NCBI GenBank assembly: GCA_028023455.1
Contig: JAQFVV010000005.1
Coordinates: 20,646,001 to 20,710,000 of the forward strand
DNA from: Epiperipatus broadwayi
Lineage: Eukaryota; Animalia; Onychophora
Direction: 5' to 3'
Length of the DNA stretch: 64,000 nt
Of this stretch, positions 48,791 to 63,259 are shown piece by piece; position 1 is the first letter of the stretch; each line of letters starts with the position of its first letter. The notes below the pieces were generated by a model. That model was not told the origin of the DNA and did no database searches. It saw only the letters and a program-made list of their open reading frames with translations. Made by a program: the position numbers and the translations under genes.

Positions 48791-51700
48791 TTAAATGAAG
48801 TTTAATGTTTTCTAGACATTCAACATTTAAAAAAAGATGATGGATAGTCCAAGATAAACTTCTATACATAACAATGGAACTCAATTTGTACAAATTTTAT
48901 TTATCAAGTAATAATTATTACAATGGCAATTCTTTTATTTTCATAATGTTTCCAATAATTTGAAAGATGTTTTTATTTAATAAATACAAGATATATTTAT
49001 TTTTACAATTGTACATCATTTTTACAAGGATATAAATTTACATCTCATTTAAAAGAAGAAGAAAAAAATATTTTAGCTAATGTAAAAAGTTTTTATTATT
49101 AAATAAATTTATAACTTTTACAATCTTTATATTCTTTTAGTTATGTAAAAATTAATTTTAATAATAAATTTCTTAAAAAAAAGTTGTATTTTTTTAAAAA
49201 CCTTATTTAAACTGAAGACAAATATATGAAATTTTGAAATTTAGTCTTGATTGGATGATAGGGTCAAGCAGATTTCATTTGCTTTATTTCAAAGGGTGAA
49301 AGTCAAAACGTAAACAATTATTAATTGTAATATTCTTTAAAGACAATTAAACATGCATATAGTTGTATTCTGGATAGGCAGAAACTATAGTCAATTTTAT
49401 TAAAGAGGATTAGTTTTATATACTGAAATAAAGCAATGAAATCTGTTTAATTTGAATACTATTCAAGCCTATTCTGGATTTGTGATTAGTAATATTGGGG
49501 CTTGCTACAGTTACTCAGGGGTGTTCCCATGGTCATGCAGTCCTTGTTCTGTTATAATTCACAATTCAGAATTTTACTATTGTATAATAATTTATATGTT
49601 ACTTAAATAATAAACTAATAGAAGATGTTTGAATATTTCATTCAAAATAGCTCTGGATATATATATATGTACACTTTATAATTGGTACAGATAATTAGAT
49701 AGAGTTGGATAAGTAGCTATATAAAAATTAAATTTAGATTATTTTCTAGCATATGATTTTGATATTATAGGTAGTAGGGGTTCAAACTCAGTGGATAGGA
49801 GTTTATAAAGATAGATAGTTTGAACTCATTTAGAGACAAATTAAATAGAAAATGATACACTAAGTTGTTTAAAAGATAATATTAATTTTTATTTATTATA
49901 TTTAAAAAATACTACAGAGATAGAATAGCTTAATTATAGCAGTAAATATTTTATATTATAAGTTTAAAGTAATTATCTTGTTTAAAATATTATTTAAAAT
50001 GATAAGGCAATTTAATATTGAACATGTGCTGAAAGTATTACATGATTATAGGTGATTGAGTGAATATGTAGGCTTACAGAAAGTTAGGGGAAATAAACTT
50101 TAATTTTGGTGTTGACACAAATTTGATACATAATAAAGTGTAGAAAATATTCAGTCTAGAGATAATATTAGAAAAGTAATGAATAAAATTATTATTATTT
50201 TATTTAAGTGTAATATTTTATTTTAAGTCAATTTTAGGTTATTAAAATATTAAAAATGGTTTTAACAAGGATATTTAATTTTTTAGATAAAAATATTTAA
50301 TATTTAAGGTATTAAATAATTTGATATTTAATAATCAATGATTCATAATTTTAAAACTTAATTTTAAAAATGATATTGATGTAGCTATGTAAAACCAATG
50401 AAATCATTGGATTAAGACCAGTTAAAAACAGAGGTTGAAGCAAGTGTGTACAGATTTTCAGTGATTTTTATAGATTTTCACTGATTTACAGATTCAGATT
50501 AAAACAGATTTAGTTTGAAATTTATAACTATCTTGTGACAGTAGTAATTTCTTTTAAATTATTATTTTACTTGAAAGTGTTTTTTGAAAATATAATTGGA
50601 ATAATTACTTAAATAATGATTCACTAAACAGCAAAGTTCCCTGACTGAAAAAAAAACTTAGCTTAGGACCTTACTAGTTCTATGGAATGCAATAATTGCT
50701 AATTAAATATTGGGAAAATAAATATGAAATATCAAGAAAAATACTGCAAGAAAACCAGAGAAGGTTTATGCAAGAACTTTAAAATTTTTATAAATAGTAA
50801 ACCTAGATTGAGTAAACATTTATTTGAAATGACTTTATCATATTACAATGCAGCTAATTTATTAAAGTTAATTAAGATAAATCAGATATTTATTAGAAAT
50901 TATTATCGTAGTATTAAATTTGGAAGAAAGAGAAGAAAGTTAAGACTTTGCATCTAAATTTAAAAACTGAATTTAAAATGTTTTATAGTATGATGAATGA
51001 TTGTTTTTTTATATAATTGGTAATAATTCACATTTAATTTGTCTTTAATTAAAGTATTCAAAATGGACTTACATTTTAAGAATGATGTATTTAAAGACAA
51101 ATTGAAGGTGACTTTTGAATGACTTATATGCTTTTAAAAGGACTTGCTATTGATTAAATCAATCAATAAACTATATTTTAAAATGATTTTATCTGGGAAT
51201 AATGAACTATAATATGTTTTTTTTAAAGATTGAAATTATATCAGATAATACGTGCTTTGAATGATATAGCTATCATTTTACCTGGAAACAAAAAATACGT
51301 AGTGAAAAGATACACATTTAATAGGATAATTATCATAAATCCTTTAAAAAAAGAAATATAATAAATAATTTATACTATATAATGTTTTCTACTAATATTT
51401 TTGACTGATGGAGAATGCAAATATTACTTACATTATATTTACTGCAATATATCTGCTATATACAATGGCCAAAATGTACATAAGAAAATATTTCATATAA
51501 AATGGTTTTGAATTATTATTCTACAAAGATATTAAATGCCTGGATAAAAGTTTTCAGAAAAGACTGAAATGAACATTTTATCTTTCAGGATCATTAATAT
51601 TCTTCTTGGATTTTTCTGGATTTTATTATTATTTATACATTTCTTCAAATGGCGCCAAGATAAGAATATGATTAGTGCACAAAGATGTCCAACCATAACT

Positions 51701-54700
51701 AGGCAACAGTGCAAGCAGAAGTAAAAAAATATTTTCATAACTTTAAACCCTTATTATTAGTATTTTTTTAATATTAAGTCTAATGTTAGTATTTAGAATA
51801 TTATATATTTTTTATTTTAAAACTAATATGTTATTATAATTTTAATTTAATTTTAAAATAGATTAACTTTATTATTATGTTTTAAAAAAACAAATGGGTA
51901 TTCAGAAAATTACAATCATAATTGTTTTTTTTAATGTATAGTCCAAGAAGTGGATTGCCGTAAATGATCCTAATAATGGCTAGCACCATTGGTAATTTTT
52001 TTTATTGTCTAAATTATATTTTGTTTAATAATTTTGTATTTTTTTTTAAAAAAGATATATCTTAATTAATATTTTAAGATTAATATTTGACATTGCTTGA
52101 TTTTAATATTAAACAGGGGAATGAACTATTGATAAAATTATCATCATGTGTATTTTTAATAAAAAAAAAAGTGATAAATGCGGGTGAATGTTTTTTTGAA
52201 AATATCCAAAAATATTTAAAATATTTATTTAATATGAGTACTTGAATATGCATACATTATATAACATTGTTGATGTGATATTTTTTTATGAATGTTGTCT
52301 GTTGAAATACAGAGAAAGACCTAATATCCATCTCTAAATTGTATAATAAATAAATGTAAAGTATGTATGTATGTTTTTTATCAAGATCATTTGTGCATGA
52401 AAACTTAAAATACCATCTTGACACGAATTTAGATCTTTGTTGTTTCTTTAATATTGTGTTTTGGACATTATTTTAGAATGCTATTTGTATATTTTACAAT
52501 GTTAAGTGAGTAGTGAGTTATTCAGTGTGTAAGATACAGGGTGGTGGGCAGGAAAGCAATATTTATATGAAATCCTAGGTGTTAGGGATATGTTGAAAAC
52601 TGTTGTGTGTGAATTATATTTCCGTATTTTGAAGTTATTAAAATATACAGATAACATTGGGCTGTATATCATTTTCCATGGACAATTGCATTTCCTTATT
52701 ATCAATAAGTGCTATAATACAACCATGACTTGAATCTTAGGTGCCCAATGAATATAGATCTATTATTATAATTTGCACTGTATCCATGATGTTATTATCT
52801 TACTCTTTTGAGTCATTCTTATTATTATTCCATAGTATACATTCTAATTGCTACTTATCACCACAGGAATCATCATAGAGGATAGTTTTATAAGTTGGTA
52901 AAGTAATGACTAAACTATTTGAAGTTGATAATTTTGTGAGAGAGCAAGATGAAGTACACCTGGATCTTGTTTTATGCAGATTATTTTAATGTGTTTCTTC
53001 TTAATATCTTTCATATTTCACTATATTTATTAGATATCAAAAACTTTAAATTATTAATAACTTATTTGGACTTGAAATACTTTTTTTTTTCAAAAATATA
53101 ATGTTATATTAACAGCTAATGTGAATATGGCCTGAAGCTATATTTAGAATCTTAGCCTCTATGTAAATAACCTACTTATACTAATGAGTATAATAATAAT
53201 AGATTTATACTTATGTATAAAAATATTGCAATAAATATTCAAAAATTTTAAACTTTTAAAATGTATTTTGTTAGATATAACAGAAATAAATAAGCTTAGA
53301 TTTTTAAAATAAATAACAAATATTTTATTGATTTTGTAAACTGAAAATAATCTTTCCAATGATAATGTATAATCTTTTTGTTTTGATTGTGATCTCATTT
53401 TTTAATATAAAAACAAAATGTGAACATTTAAAATTTATTTCAGTAGTAAAAATCAGTTAATCATAGATTTTAGGTTGATGTGTGAGACAAAGACAAACGT
53501 CAGATAATGCTGAAATCTGAGTTTCCTACAATGAACAACCTCTTAAATTCCAATGAGAGCTAAATAGTTATATGTCTGGAAATTGCAAGCTTTATCAACG
53601 ATTAGTAAAATCATCATCTCAAAGTTTAATCACCGATTACATTGTTGACAGAAAACCATTAACACAGCACAAAACTAAAAATGGCGCTAGTTGTACTTCC
53701 ACTTGTGACGAATCTGATTTCTTACTAGTTTACAAACGGACAGCATATTGTCAAATAGTGATAATGATTAAAATATGTATGAAAAAATGTAAAATTAAAT
53801 ATGATAGTTAATAATAAAAAAAAGTAAAAAAAAAATTGTCTTGTATCAATTTTTTTCAAATATTTGATATTTTTTATTAGTCATAACTTTATTTCCTTAT
53901 TTTTTTAATGCGAATTTTAAAGTAATTTTTCCTTGTTGCTTTGCTTTTATGCCATTTCTGAAAATTACAGAACCTATCCCCTATTTTTCAAGGTAAGTTA
54001 AGTCTATTTTTGTGCAATTTTTTTTAATGTGGGTTTTCCGTAGAACCTATCTACCACATAAAATGAGACCCAGGTGTATATAGAAATTTCTTTCATAAAT
54101 GATGTTGAGATGTTTGATTATTGTCATAGTATATAACCCAAGAGAGGAATAATTGTTACTCATACAAATATTAGAGATCACTTAGCTTAAACAGATGCAT
54201 ATTTAAATGGAAATAGAAGTGAGAATAGTGAAAATGATTTTGGATATGATGAATGTAAGAGTATAAAAACAAAAGAAATATAAATGTCAAGCAATATAAT
54301 TTGTAGATAGTTCTTTAAATATTATTATAAATAATTTAAACCCTTTTAAGTTACAAAAAAAATTATGAAATTATCTCTTAAGTATTTTGCATAAATATTA
54401 ATTTTTATAGAGAAAGATATTCATATTTTTATTAAAAATTTTCTGATATTCAAATATTAAGATGATACTTCACTAAACTGCAAATAAAGTTTTAATAATT
54501 TTTCTTTTAATATTTTATTTGTTGGACTTTAAGAAGTGTATTTTAAAATATAAACTTATATTGATGCATTACATCATAAGAAATATATTTTATAACAATA
54601 TAATGGTGACATTAAGTTTTCTTAGAAAATGGGAAATTTATTGTAATTATTCCCAATACAAATAATAGAATACTATTTTACTGAATGAGGATTAAATATT

Positions 54701-54758
54701 ATCATTACTGTTGTAAGTTTTTTTATTTTATTTTGAAATGGTCGGAGTGAAGACTATC

Positions 54759-54865
54759 TTTTTTTTCCATGTGTCATAGCATCAGCTGGGAAGCGAACCC
54801 GCTTACCTAGGACAACTGCTTGTAAGGCGGCTGTGCTGACCTCTCGACAACCAATGCTTGACAAA
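54759..54865 (-). mobile_element. tRNA-derived short SINE, copy 3
   Basis: GCATTGGTTGTCGAGAGGTCAGC...CTTACAAGCAGT...GGGTTCGCTTCCCAGCTGATGCTATGAC plus A-run. Confidence 0.85.
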
Positions 54866-57800
54866 GACTCTTATTTTATTTCTTCTATTTACTGGTAAGA
54901 TTTACTGTAAATATATATTAAATAATGTTAATTCTTATTTTACTTTTGTAAATTTTTTTTTTTTTTATATATTATGTTATAAATTTATTGTTAATTTGTA
55001 AATAAATTTGTTAACTGTTTTGAAACATATTTTAGTCGAGTTGTGATTTAACTGCATGTTGTTTATTTGATTTTTCATTCTATATTATTATCCACAGAAA
55101 ATTAATAATTTGAAATATCACTTATTTGGCACATGATCCACAAAGATTACTTAGATATTATTTTATTATATTTGATTGAATAATAAAGGATATTATTATT
55201 ATTATCGTAGAAGATATGATCATTGGTAATTGTTTTAAATTAAACTGATACAACACCAATGAGATATACTTAATATTGCCAAAATATTCAAATACATTAT
55301 ATGTATATATTTTAAGAATGCCACATTAAACAAAGAAAGATTGTACAAAGTTTAATTAAAATTTATTATATTATTTATGTTTTATTGCTAAACTTTAATC
55401 ATTAAATAGAATTAATGTTGAAAGTCATTAATTTATTTTAGTTGCTTATTGTTGTTATTATTTTGTAAGAGTAATTAGATATATATAAAATCTCTCATTA
55501 TATTTAACTACAGGGTGTTAATTAGTTAATTTATTTTGTTATTAGTTTGTTAAAAATGAACCTGAGATGATGACGATGATGATGATTATTATTATTATTA
55601 TTATTTGGAGAATTGAAAATTTTCTATTGAAAGATTATAAGTAAGAAATTATTAGTTAATATTAAATGTCCATTTAGTATGTTTATTAAAGGAATATCAA
55701 ATAATTTTTTTTATTAATTCTGTACGAATAAGCATTTATTTTATAATGTCTGTATGAATGGCGCGAATGAAATTTTCTAGAATTTACTACTTTAGATTTG
55801 CTCATATATAAACATTTGAGTTGTAGGAGTAAAGAGGATTCCTTTTACTCTTATATAAATACTATATCATGTGGTTGTTCGAAGGTATTCATTTATTAAC
55901 AACATTCTCACAGCGTCTGCGCAATTTAGCTTAACAGGCTGTCATTCTATCGTAATTAATTCTGTAATAAATTTATAAATCATACATTAGAATTATTATA
56001 TGTGTGTGTCTAAAGACATGGGAGTATTACATATGAATTTGGTGGGGTAATATTCTTATGCCATTGGGAGTGTATTTTTAGGGATGCATCCTCAACGTTT
56101 AAGCTAATATACCTTACTGAACGTCTCAGTTTCATAATTATATTTGTTATTTTGATAGAACCATATTTTATTTATAGTACTGAGCAAGTTTTTATGAGTT
56201 AAATTTATTATTGAAATGAATAGATTGAATATTATAGTTGGAACCCTAACTATTATGTTGAATTTAAATGCTATGATATTTTATTGTAGTAAGTTTTCTT
56301 ATATTTAATTATTTAAAATATTGTTTTATTAGATATTGTATCTTAATAATGTATATTGACCTAGTCAGAACAGTATTATTTTAATAGTCATTGTTTATGT
56401 AATCCAATTGAAGTTTAATATTGTTATCTCAGCCAGATTCTTTTGTTCAGTAGTTTTTTTTTTTTGGTAAGAACACAATATATATATATGTAAACAGAAA
56501 ACTACGCTTGACTTTTGGTAGAACGCCATCTGTTATCATATATATATAATGCATAACTCATTACATATTTTCATATGTATACTCATATAAAACTTAATTT
56601 AGCACACCTTTTTAAATATATTTATCATTTCTATTGTTCTGTCTTGCTTTTTCTTTATATGTATTTAGCAATGAAATTACAACCATCATCATCAATAATG
56701 ATTGTGAGCTACATTTCTCTCCTCTTGGAATAAAAAACACATCTTTTTTCCCCGCATATAAATTTTCATACTTTTTTTAAGTTTGAGATAATATGACCAA
56801 ATAATAATACTTTATCATCATCTTATATTTACTTAAAGTGTCAGAAGGATCTCAAGAATTTTAATGAATTGATGAGACTCAATTTTTTTAAGTGTATGAA
56901 AAAGAAATCTGAGTCAGCGATCAATTCAGAAACTGTAAGTTATGACAACATCTTCATTCACCCTTTGGCTTACATTTCATATTAGCAACATGGGAACTTG
57001 TTATGGATTTGCGTGTGTGTACATATATATGTGTACGTGAGTATGATGAAATCAATCTATACACAGAATGAATTAAAATCAAATAAGCAGATAATGAAAT
57101 TGTTCAGTGGATAAAATTATTGATTTATTTTCGAAAGATTTCCATTTTTTTCAAGGTTTTTCAAAGAATGGCCAATCAATAAAGAAAAAAAATCTAGATC
57201 TAATTTGGAAAAAAAAATATCTGAAAGCTTAAGAAAAATAATCCAAATTGAAAATGTTTTTGAATACAGTTATGTGTTAGTTACTCTAGAAGCAACTAAG
57301 ACAGCATAAGGAAAAGTAATTAATGGATCTAGAAATTACTAAACAGATTATTGGGATTTCTCTAATAGAGATTATATACTATTTATTTACAGAATGTAAT
57401 AGGTTTACTGAGTATCTCTAAATTTTCTGCTATTCAATGTAACTTCAGTTACTTTTGATCTTTTGGTAGAAGAATAACATATTCTAAGATGATTAATCAG
57501 ATGGTTGTTCACAGTATCAATATTCTGCCTGCCACAATGTCTATTTACTACCCAAAGTCTGCAATGAATTGGTCAATAATAAACAGAAAGGGATAGTTTA
57601 TACCATCATGGGTAGAACTATCTTTAAATAGTTTACTGCTGGAAGAAGGCATCTGAGTAACCTTCTACAAAACAAAAACAAAAAAGAAGACAATACTCAC
57701 CTAGTAGTAAATCCTAATTGAATGGTACATTGCTTGGGTATCAGACAACTTTGGCACTAAAAAGGGTAAACTTGAATTGTAATTTAGAATCATTTAACTG

Positions 57801-57969
57801 TTGAGACTGCTACTTGGTGATGAGACAAAATATATCAGAACAGTAAAAGGCAATGCAGTGATAGTTTATGGGATTTTCCCTTTACTTTCTTACTAAGAAA
57901 GCAGGTTTAAAGTAAGATAAAAGAGTTTGGGTAAAGTTTATTTTGGTATATTTCTAATTACTAACTGTA

Positions 57970-58260
57970 AGTGAACAAACAGGTGTTACTGACCTCATTA
58001 AAAAAAATTAAAAGAATGAAGTGGAGTTGGGCTGGACATATTGTTAAAAGAGATGATAACAGATGGACAATTGAAATTTTAAACTGGATTCCAAGAGATT
58101 GTAAAAGACCCAGAAAGAGACCACGTGAGATGGGTGGATGAAATAAGAAAGTATGCAGGGATGATGTGGAGAAGAGAAGCTAAAGATAGGAAAAGATGGA
58201 TTGAACTTGGAGAGACCTTCATCCTGCAGTGGATTGATAATGGTTGATGATGATGAATCA
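57970..58260 (+). mobile_element. RTE LINE 3'-end fragment
   Basis: Reverse-complement match to 24541-24830; (GAT)n tail. Confidence 0.92.
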
Positions 58261-59149
58261 TTATGTTTAAAGTTTTGGTCACATTTTTCATTCTTAATAA
58301 ACCTGGGTGTATTATTGCTCTAAATAATCCCTCAAAAACAATAACACCACAACCACATAATTTTTCATATGTTTGCTCACATAGCTGCAACAACAACTAT
58401 TTTCATCTTAGTATAAGCTTGTATAATCTATGGTATAATGCTTTAAAATTCCCATATCCAAACTGGGCAATCTCTGGAGTTTGCCTTTGTTAGTGAAGAC
58501 TGAGTCTGAAGGTGGAGATTTTGTAGCACTATGTTATCTGGTATCCACTGATTAGTTAAGCATACAATAGATTGTTTAGAGTAGAGAGCAAGATTAGCAA
58601 TTTTTGTTAAAAAGCAGATTTGGTGCTTCCAAAAAGTCTTCTGACAAATAGCATCTACTCATGCAATAAAAAAACATTAATCATCATCGATTGAAGCCTT
58701 TCATTGCTCTACATGTAATTCTAGCATGAATGTTAAGAATTATTTTTTGCATTCAGCATTATGCACATGCATATAAATTAATTATATCTAACAAAGTATT
58801 TTCAAATCAGTTAATCAAATAATAGCAAACCTTTACCAGTTTTGATATCATTCTAAAATAATCAGTCACTCAACTCTTGCTTTGCAGTTTATGATATGAC
58901 TTTTCAGTTGGTAGTGAGACTATTAATAGAATTCCAAGACAATATTAGATTTTAAAGCATGGAATAATCACAATGCATTCTTTTTTAGATTTCAAATATT
59001 TAAACATTATGGAAATTGGCCTATGGCTGAGTTGAGAACAACTATCCAAATTAATTAAACATTCCCTATATCATAATGTACTTAACGTTTTGATCACTGC
59101 ATATAAAGATTTTAGTTTAATAATTAATGTTCAAATAAACTTAGTTCTT

Positions 59150-59820
59150 TATCAGTCCGTTATGGAAGAAAAATCCTTAATCACTTTTAGCTTGAATAGT
59201 TATCATCTTGAGAATATAAATCGATTTAAATATCTTGGTAGATTTATAAATAGAAAGATGGACTTAAGTATTGAGGTCTAACATAGAACTAATGTTGCTA
59301 TTGCTTTTTCAAATTAAAAGATAAGGTAATTTTTTCATAGAAAAATAACTATTACTATTAAGTTAGGGTATACATAACTGTTATTTTATCCCATTTATTA
59401 TATGGAAATGAGACTTTGACACCTATTGGTATATATAAAGACGTTAAAACAGTTTCATCTAAGGATGCTCTGTAAACTGAAAAAAATACAATGGCAAGAT
59501 CATAAAAACAATCATTGTTTTCCAACTCATTGGATATGATACTATAGAATCCACTATTATAAAATCATTACCTTTATTTGATTAGTCATAATGATCAATG
59601 AAAGACATCCTAAAGTGATGTTCTATGATGAACATGGATATGGTTTTTGTGGGAGAAGTAGACTCTACCCACATTATAAGAATTATCTCAAAAACTTTCT
59701 AAAGAAGCGCAGTGTCCATTGCTTCCATTGGGAAGATATAGTAAAGAATAGAATACATTGGACAGTTATAGTTAGATATGGCATCAAAGTGTTTCAGAAA
59801 GAAAAGTTTTCCGCTGAAGA
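59150..59820 (+). mobile_element. Old RTE-clade LINE RT C-terminal remnant (different subfamily)
   Basis: LENINRFKYLG, LLYGNETLT, ERHPKVMFY, HWEDIVKNRIHW in broken frames. Confidence 0.6.
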
Positions 59821-62405
59821 AATTAAAAAAATAACATTATAAAACATAAATAAACAAAAGATAGAATTAGGATGTTCTGCATATGGATGCATTTGTACTT
59901 CAAAGAACAGTTTCTGTAGTCTTCATCTCTCTCTTTCTCTCTTTCCATTCTTATCTTTTTTTTTTGGAGTTAGAATGGCCATACTAATTTACAAGTAGTT
60001 GTTTACTATTACTGTATTATAAAGTAAATGTACATATTGCCAAACATTAATTTATAAGTAATATAATCTTATCAACTTTGACATCATGCTAAAACAACCA
60101 GCCAATCAGTTCTTTTGAGGCAATTATTTTGTGAGTTCTTAACCCTGCTTTTCAGTTGGTAGTAATACCACTGATATTATCTCAACAGAAAGTACAAAAT
60201 CTTTACATATAAATATCAAATGTGAAATCATTTAGATTTTTAATGTGCAAAATATTACTATTGAATTCAGTGGATGGTATGTTTCAGTTTGGTTAAGAAG
60301 TAGTAGTAATAGTAATATGCACATTTGGCTTATATATATATATTTGTAGATGAAGAGAAGTGCATAGACATAACATATTCATATATATCATTACAGAATT
60401 TAAGCTTGTGGTTATGTTTCTCCAAATAACCACGTTTTTTCCATAAAGCCAAATACAGTCAATAGAGTTAGTTATTTCTTGGGAATAATTATTTTTAGAG
60501 TAGAAAGAAAAATGACAGAAGACATCATTAACAACCATCAGATAGCCAGTTTAGTGTCTATTATATTAGTTCTCAAAAGTGGGATATTGGAATAATCTTC
60601 TGCTCTGATGTTGGATTTAAGATTGTTCATTTATTTAAATTTACTATGGTTGAAAGATTTATTGAGGGAATAAAACATTTAGATAGTAACAATATTAGAA
60701 TATTCCTCTACTTATTCGAAATATTCCTCTACTTATTCGACTCTAATATTAAATGGAAGCATCACACTTCCTACTTCATTTCATTCATCAATTTCAAAAT
60801 AATAATTATTCAATAGCTTCTTCAACAGAGTTAAAAATCAAGGTTTTAATTAAGGAACAAGATGGGCCCAGCAGAAGTTTGTAAGTTTAGCTTTTGTCAT
60901 CTTGGGTGCATGTGAAAATATATTTATTTAATAGGCAAGGTCATTTGGTCAGAAAATTTTATAAAAAAAATTATAATTTTACTAGTACCTTTAATACTAT
61001 ATTTTGATTTTATTTTCATATATGTATAAATCACGTCATCACAGCCATATTTAAAACTATCCAATAGAATATCAAAACTCTGTTGTCAAGACAACATTAA
61101 GATAATAAATACAATTTGAAGATTTATTCAGCTTGTCAAATTATGATTTTTCGTTTGAATAAGTAGCTCTTGATTAATTCAGTTAGTTCCCAGTTATTGA
61201 TCATTAAATGGGCATCTATTTTTTCTTTTTCGTAGAATAAAATAAGGAAATAAAATAAGAAACTTTCAATAACTGATATTTGATTATCCACGTGAGTATT
61301 GTTTTCTCCTTCACTATTTCTTTTTAGAGAAATGTTGCAGAGTCCTTTATCTTACAATGGAATATTTAAAAAATACTTCACTCCTTCCTAGCTCTTTTAT
61401 ATATATACATAGACAAAACATTCACCAAACAATGTTTAAAGTATCAACGTACCATCTAGTATCAAGCCAATGATAATCAGATCAATAAATGAATCCACTT
61501 CCTATCTGCACACTAATAAGTATCCAATAGTTTATGGTCCATTTAAGATCTTAATTCACAGTCCAAAAGTGGATTCATTTTTAAATATGAATGTGGTTAT
61601 AGATAGCATGGTCGGATACTTTTAATATTGATTAATGAATAGGTTATTTATATAAATAGCATATTTATTTTAATAGACATATACATATCTCTTTCTTAAA
61701 TTTTTTTTTTCAGGATTCATAATAATTGTTTCTTAATGAATATAAATAATCTTTTTCATATATTATATAAAACAAATATATACAAAGAAATGGCTTCTTG
61801 CCTATATTTTTTTACAATTTCTTTAATCATCTAGATTTTATTGTTTGTAAAGCCCATTAGCTGTGACCTTGTTGAGATTGCTAAACTAAGATTAGCTTTA
61901 TCGGTCTCAATGGCTTCTTATCAGAAGCAATGTGTTGATGGAGACCAAAGCTGGCAGAGAATGAGAATGCTCTCATTAACGACAAGAAAAACTTTTTTAA
62001 AAAAATAAAATGATGCTGATGTGCAACTTTAGATTAAAATAAAACAGCAATGAAAAGTTTATTCCACATATAGATAAATAATTATGAAATGCAATAGAAT
62101 ATTTTGATCAATCATCATCATCAATTCATTAAATAAGAGCAGCTCAGTGTCATCTATATCAGATTCGATAAGTAATCACTGATTATCAGATGGTAGCAAA
62201 AGCTTACTATAAATGACAGTAGAGTAGAGAAGAGTTTTTTTATTATTTGCCATTTATTGTATAAGCTAAATAATCAAATGACGATATACTGGTATACACA
62301 TTCTCAGCAAGGGAGGGGGGTACTTGTAAGTATAAAAGAAATGAGGATAAAATAAGATCCCATGATCACTATCTCATACTAGCACATAATTGTTATTAAA
62401 CAAGC

Positions 62406-62730
62406 AGGCCACAAGCCAGAAACTAGTCTGGGTATATTGGATGAGTAGGCATTAGATAGCCTTCTGGCATCCATTGATTACTCTGGTTGGCACAGGATGG
62501 CGCTACTGTATGGAGAGTTTTGCCTTGTTTGATAAAATAAGATCTGTGTTAGATCTATCTATATTATGCAGGTTGGCTTAGGTTCAAAATCTAAAAAAAA
62601 TTGTTTACTTACAAACTTTTGGCCTAAAAGAAGCTAAAGATGGTTGTCAGAGGCATATCTTCATTGATTCCGGATTAGATTCCAAGTCCTCACTGACAAA
62701 GGCAAAAGCCTAAAACAGTCTGGGGATATG
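62406..62730 (+). mobile_element. Diverged family B copy with two HHR-derived segments 294 nt apart
   Basis: aggccacaagccagaaactagtctgg at 62406 and tcctca-CTGACAA-aggc-aaaa-gcct-AAAA-cag-T-C-tgggga at 62687-62726. Confidence 0.7.
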
Positions 62731-63068
62731 CTCTTGTTAATCTCTTATTATATGAACTAAACAGTCAAATGATATTATATTAGCCTTAGATTATTATAGA
62801 GAGAAAGCTTTTCTATTATTTCTTTTACAAGGCTTTTAAAAATAGTTCTTAACACAATGATTTTTTCTAGGAGTATTTTAAAAATTCAATCAAAAACTGC
62901 AAATTATTTTGTAAACAGTGCAGCTTAAATATTAATCTATATAATCCCTCAATAATATACCCAGTAATATATTAAAAAAAATCACTCTGTGTGTTAATAC
63001 ATTTACTTCTCTCTCTTTTCTGGAACAAGTGTTTTATAATAGTAAAATTGCTTTATAATGATCTTTAA

Positions 63069-63259
63069 TTATAAATTTATTAAACGCACATTACGTAAGT
63101 AATATTTACTGAGGCTATAACCTCGATAATATGCGTATAAAATGTGATAGTAGGGACCTCTACAGGTATTTTAACCACAAGCGTAAAATACCTGTAGAGG
63201 TCCCTACTATCGCATTTTATATGCATATTATCGAGGTTATAGCCTCAGTAAATATTACT
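63069..63259. mobile_element. Young palindromic insertion (78-bp arms, 10-nt loop) with a 13-bp flanking direct repeat
   Basis: Arms 63096-63173 and 63184-63261 differ at 2 positions. TAATGATCTTTAA at 63056-63068 and 63260-63272. Confidence 0.85.

Noticed and set aside
53678-56934. YY1-like motifs (53678-53686, 56524-56531) and small candidate exons (56669-56703, 56893-56934)
   Set aside because: Short motifs expected by chance at this scale; the joined peptide is unrecognisable.
60699-60740. Perfect 21-bp tandem duplication
   Set aside because: Ordinary local duplication with no associated element.
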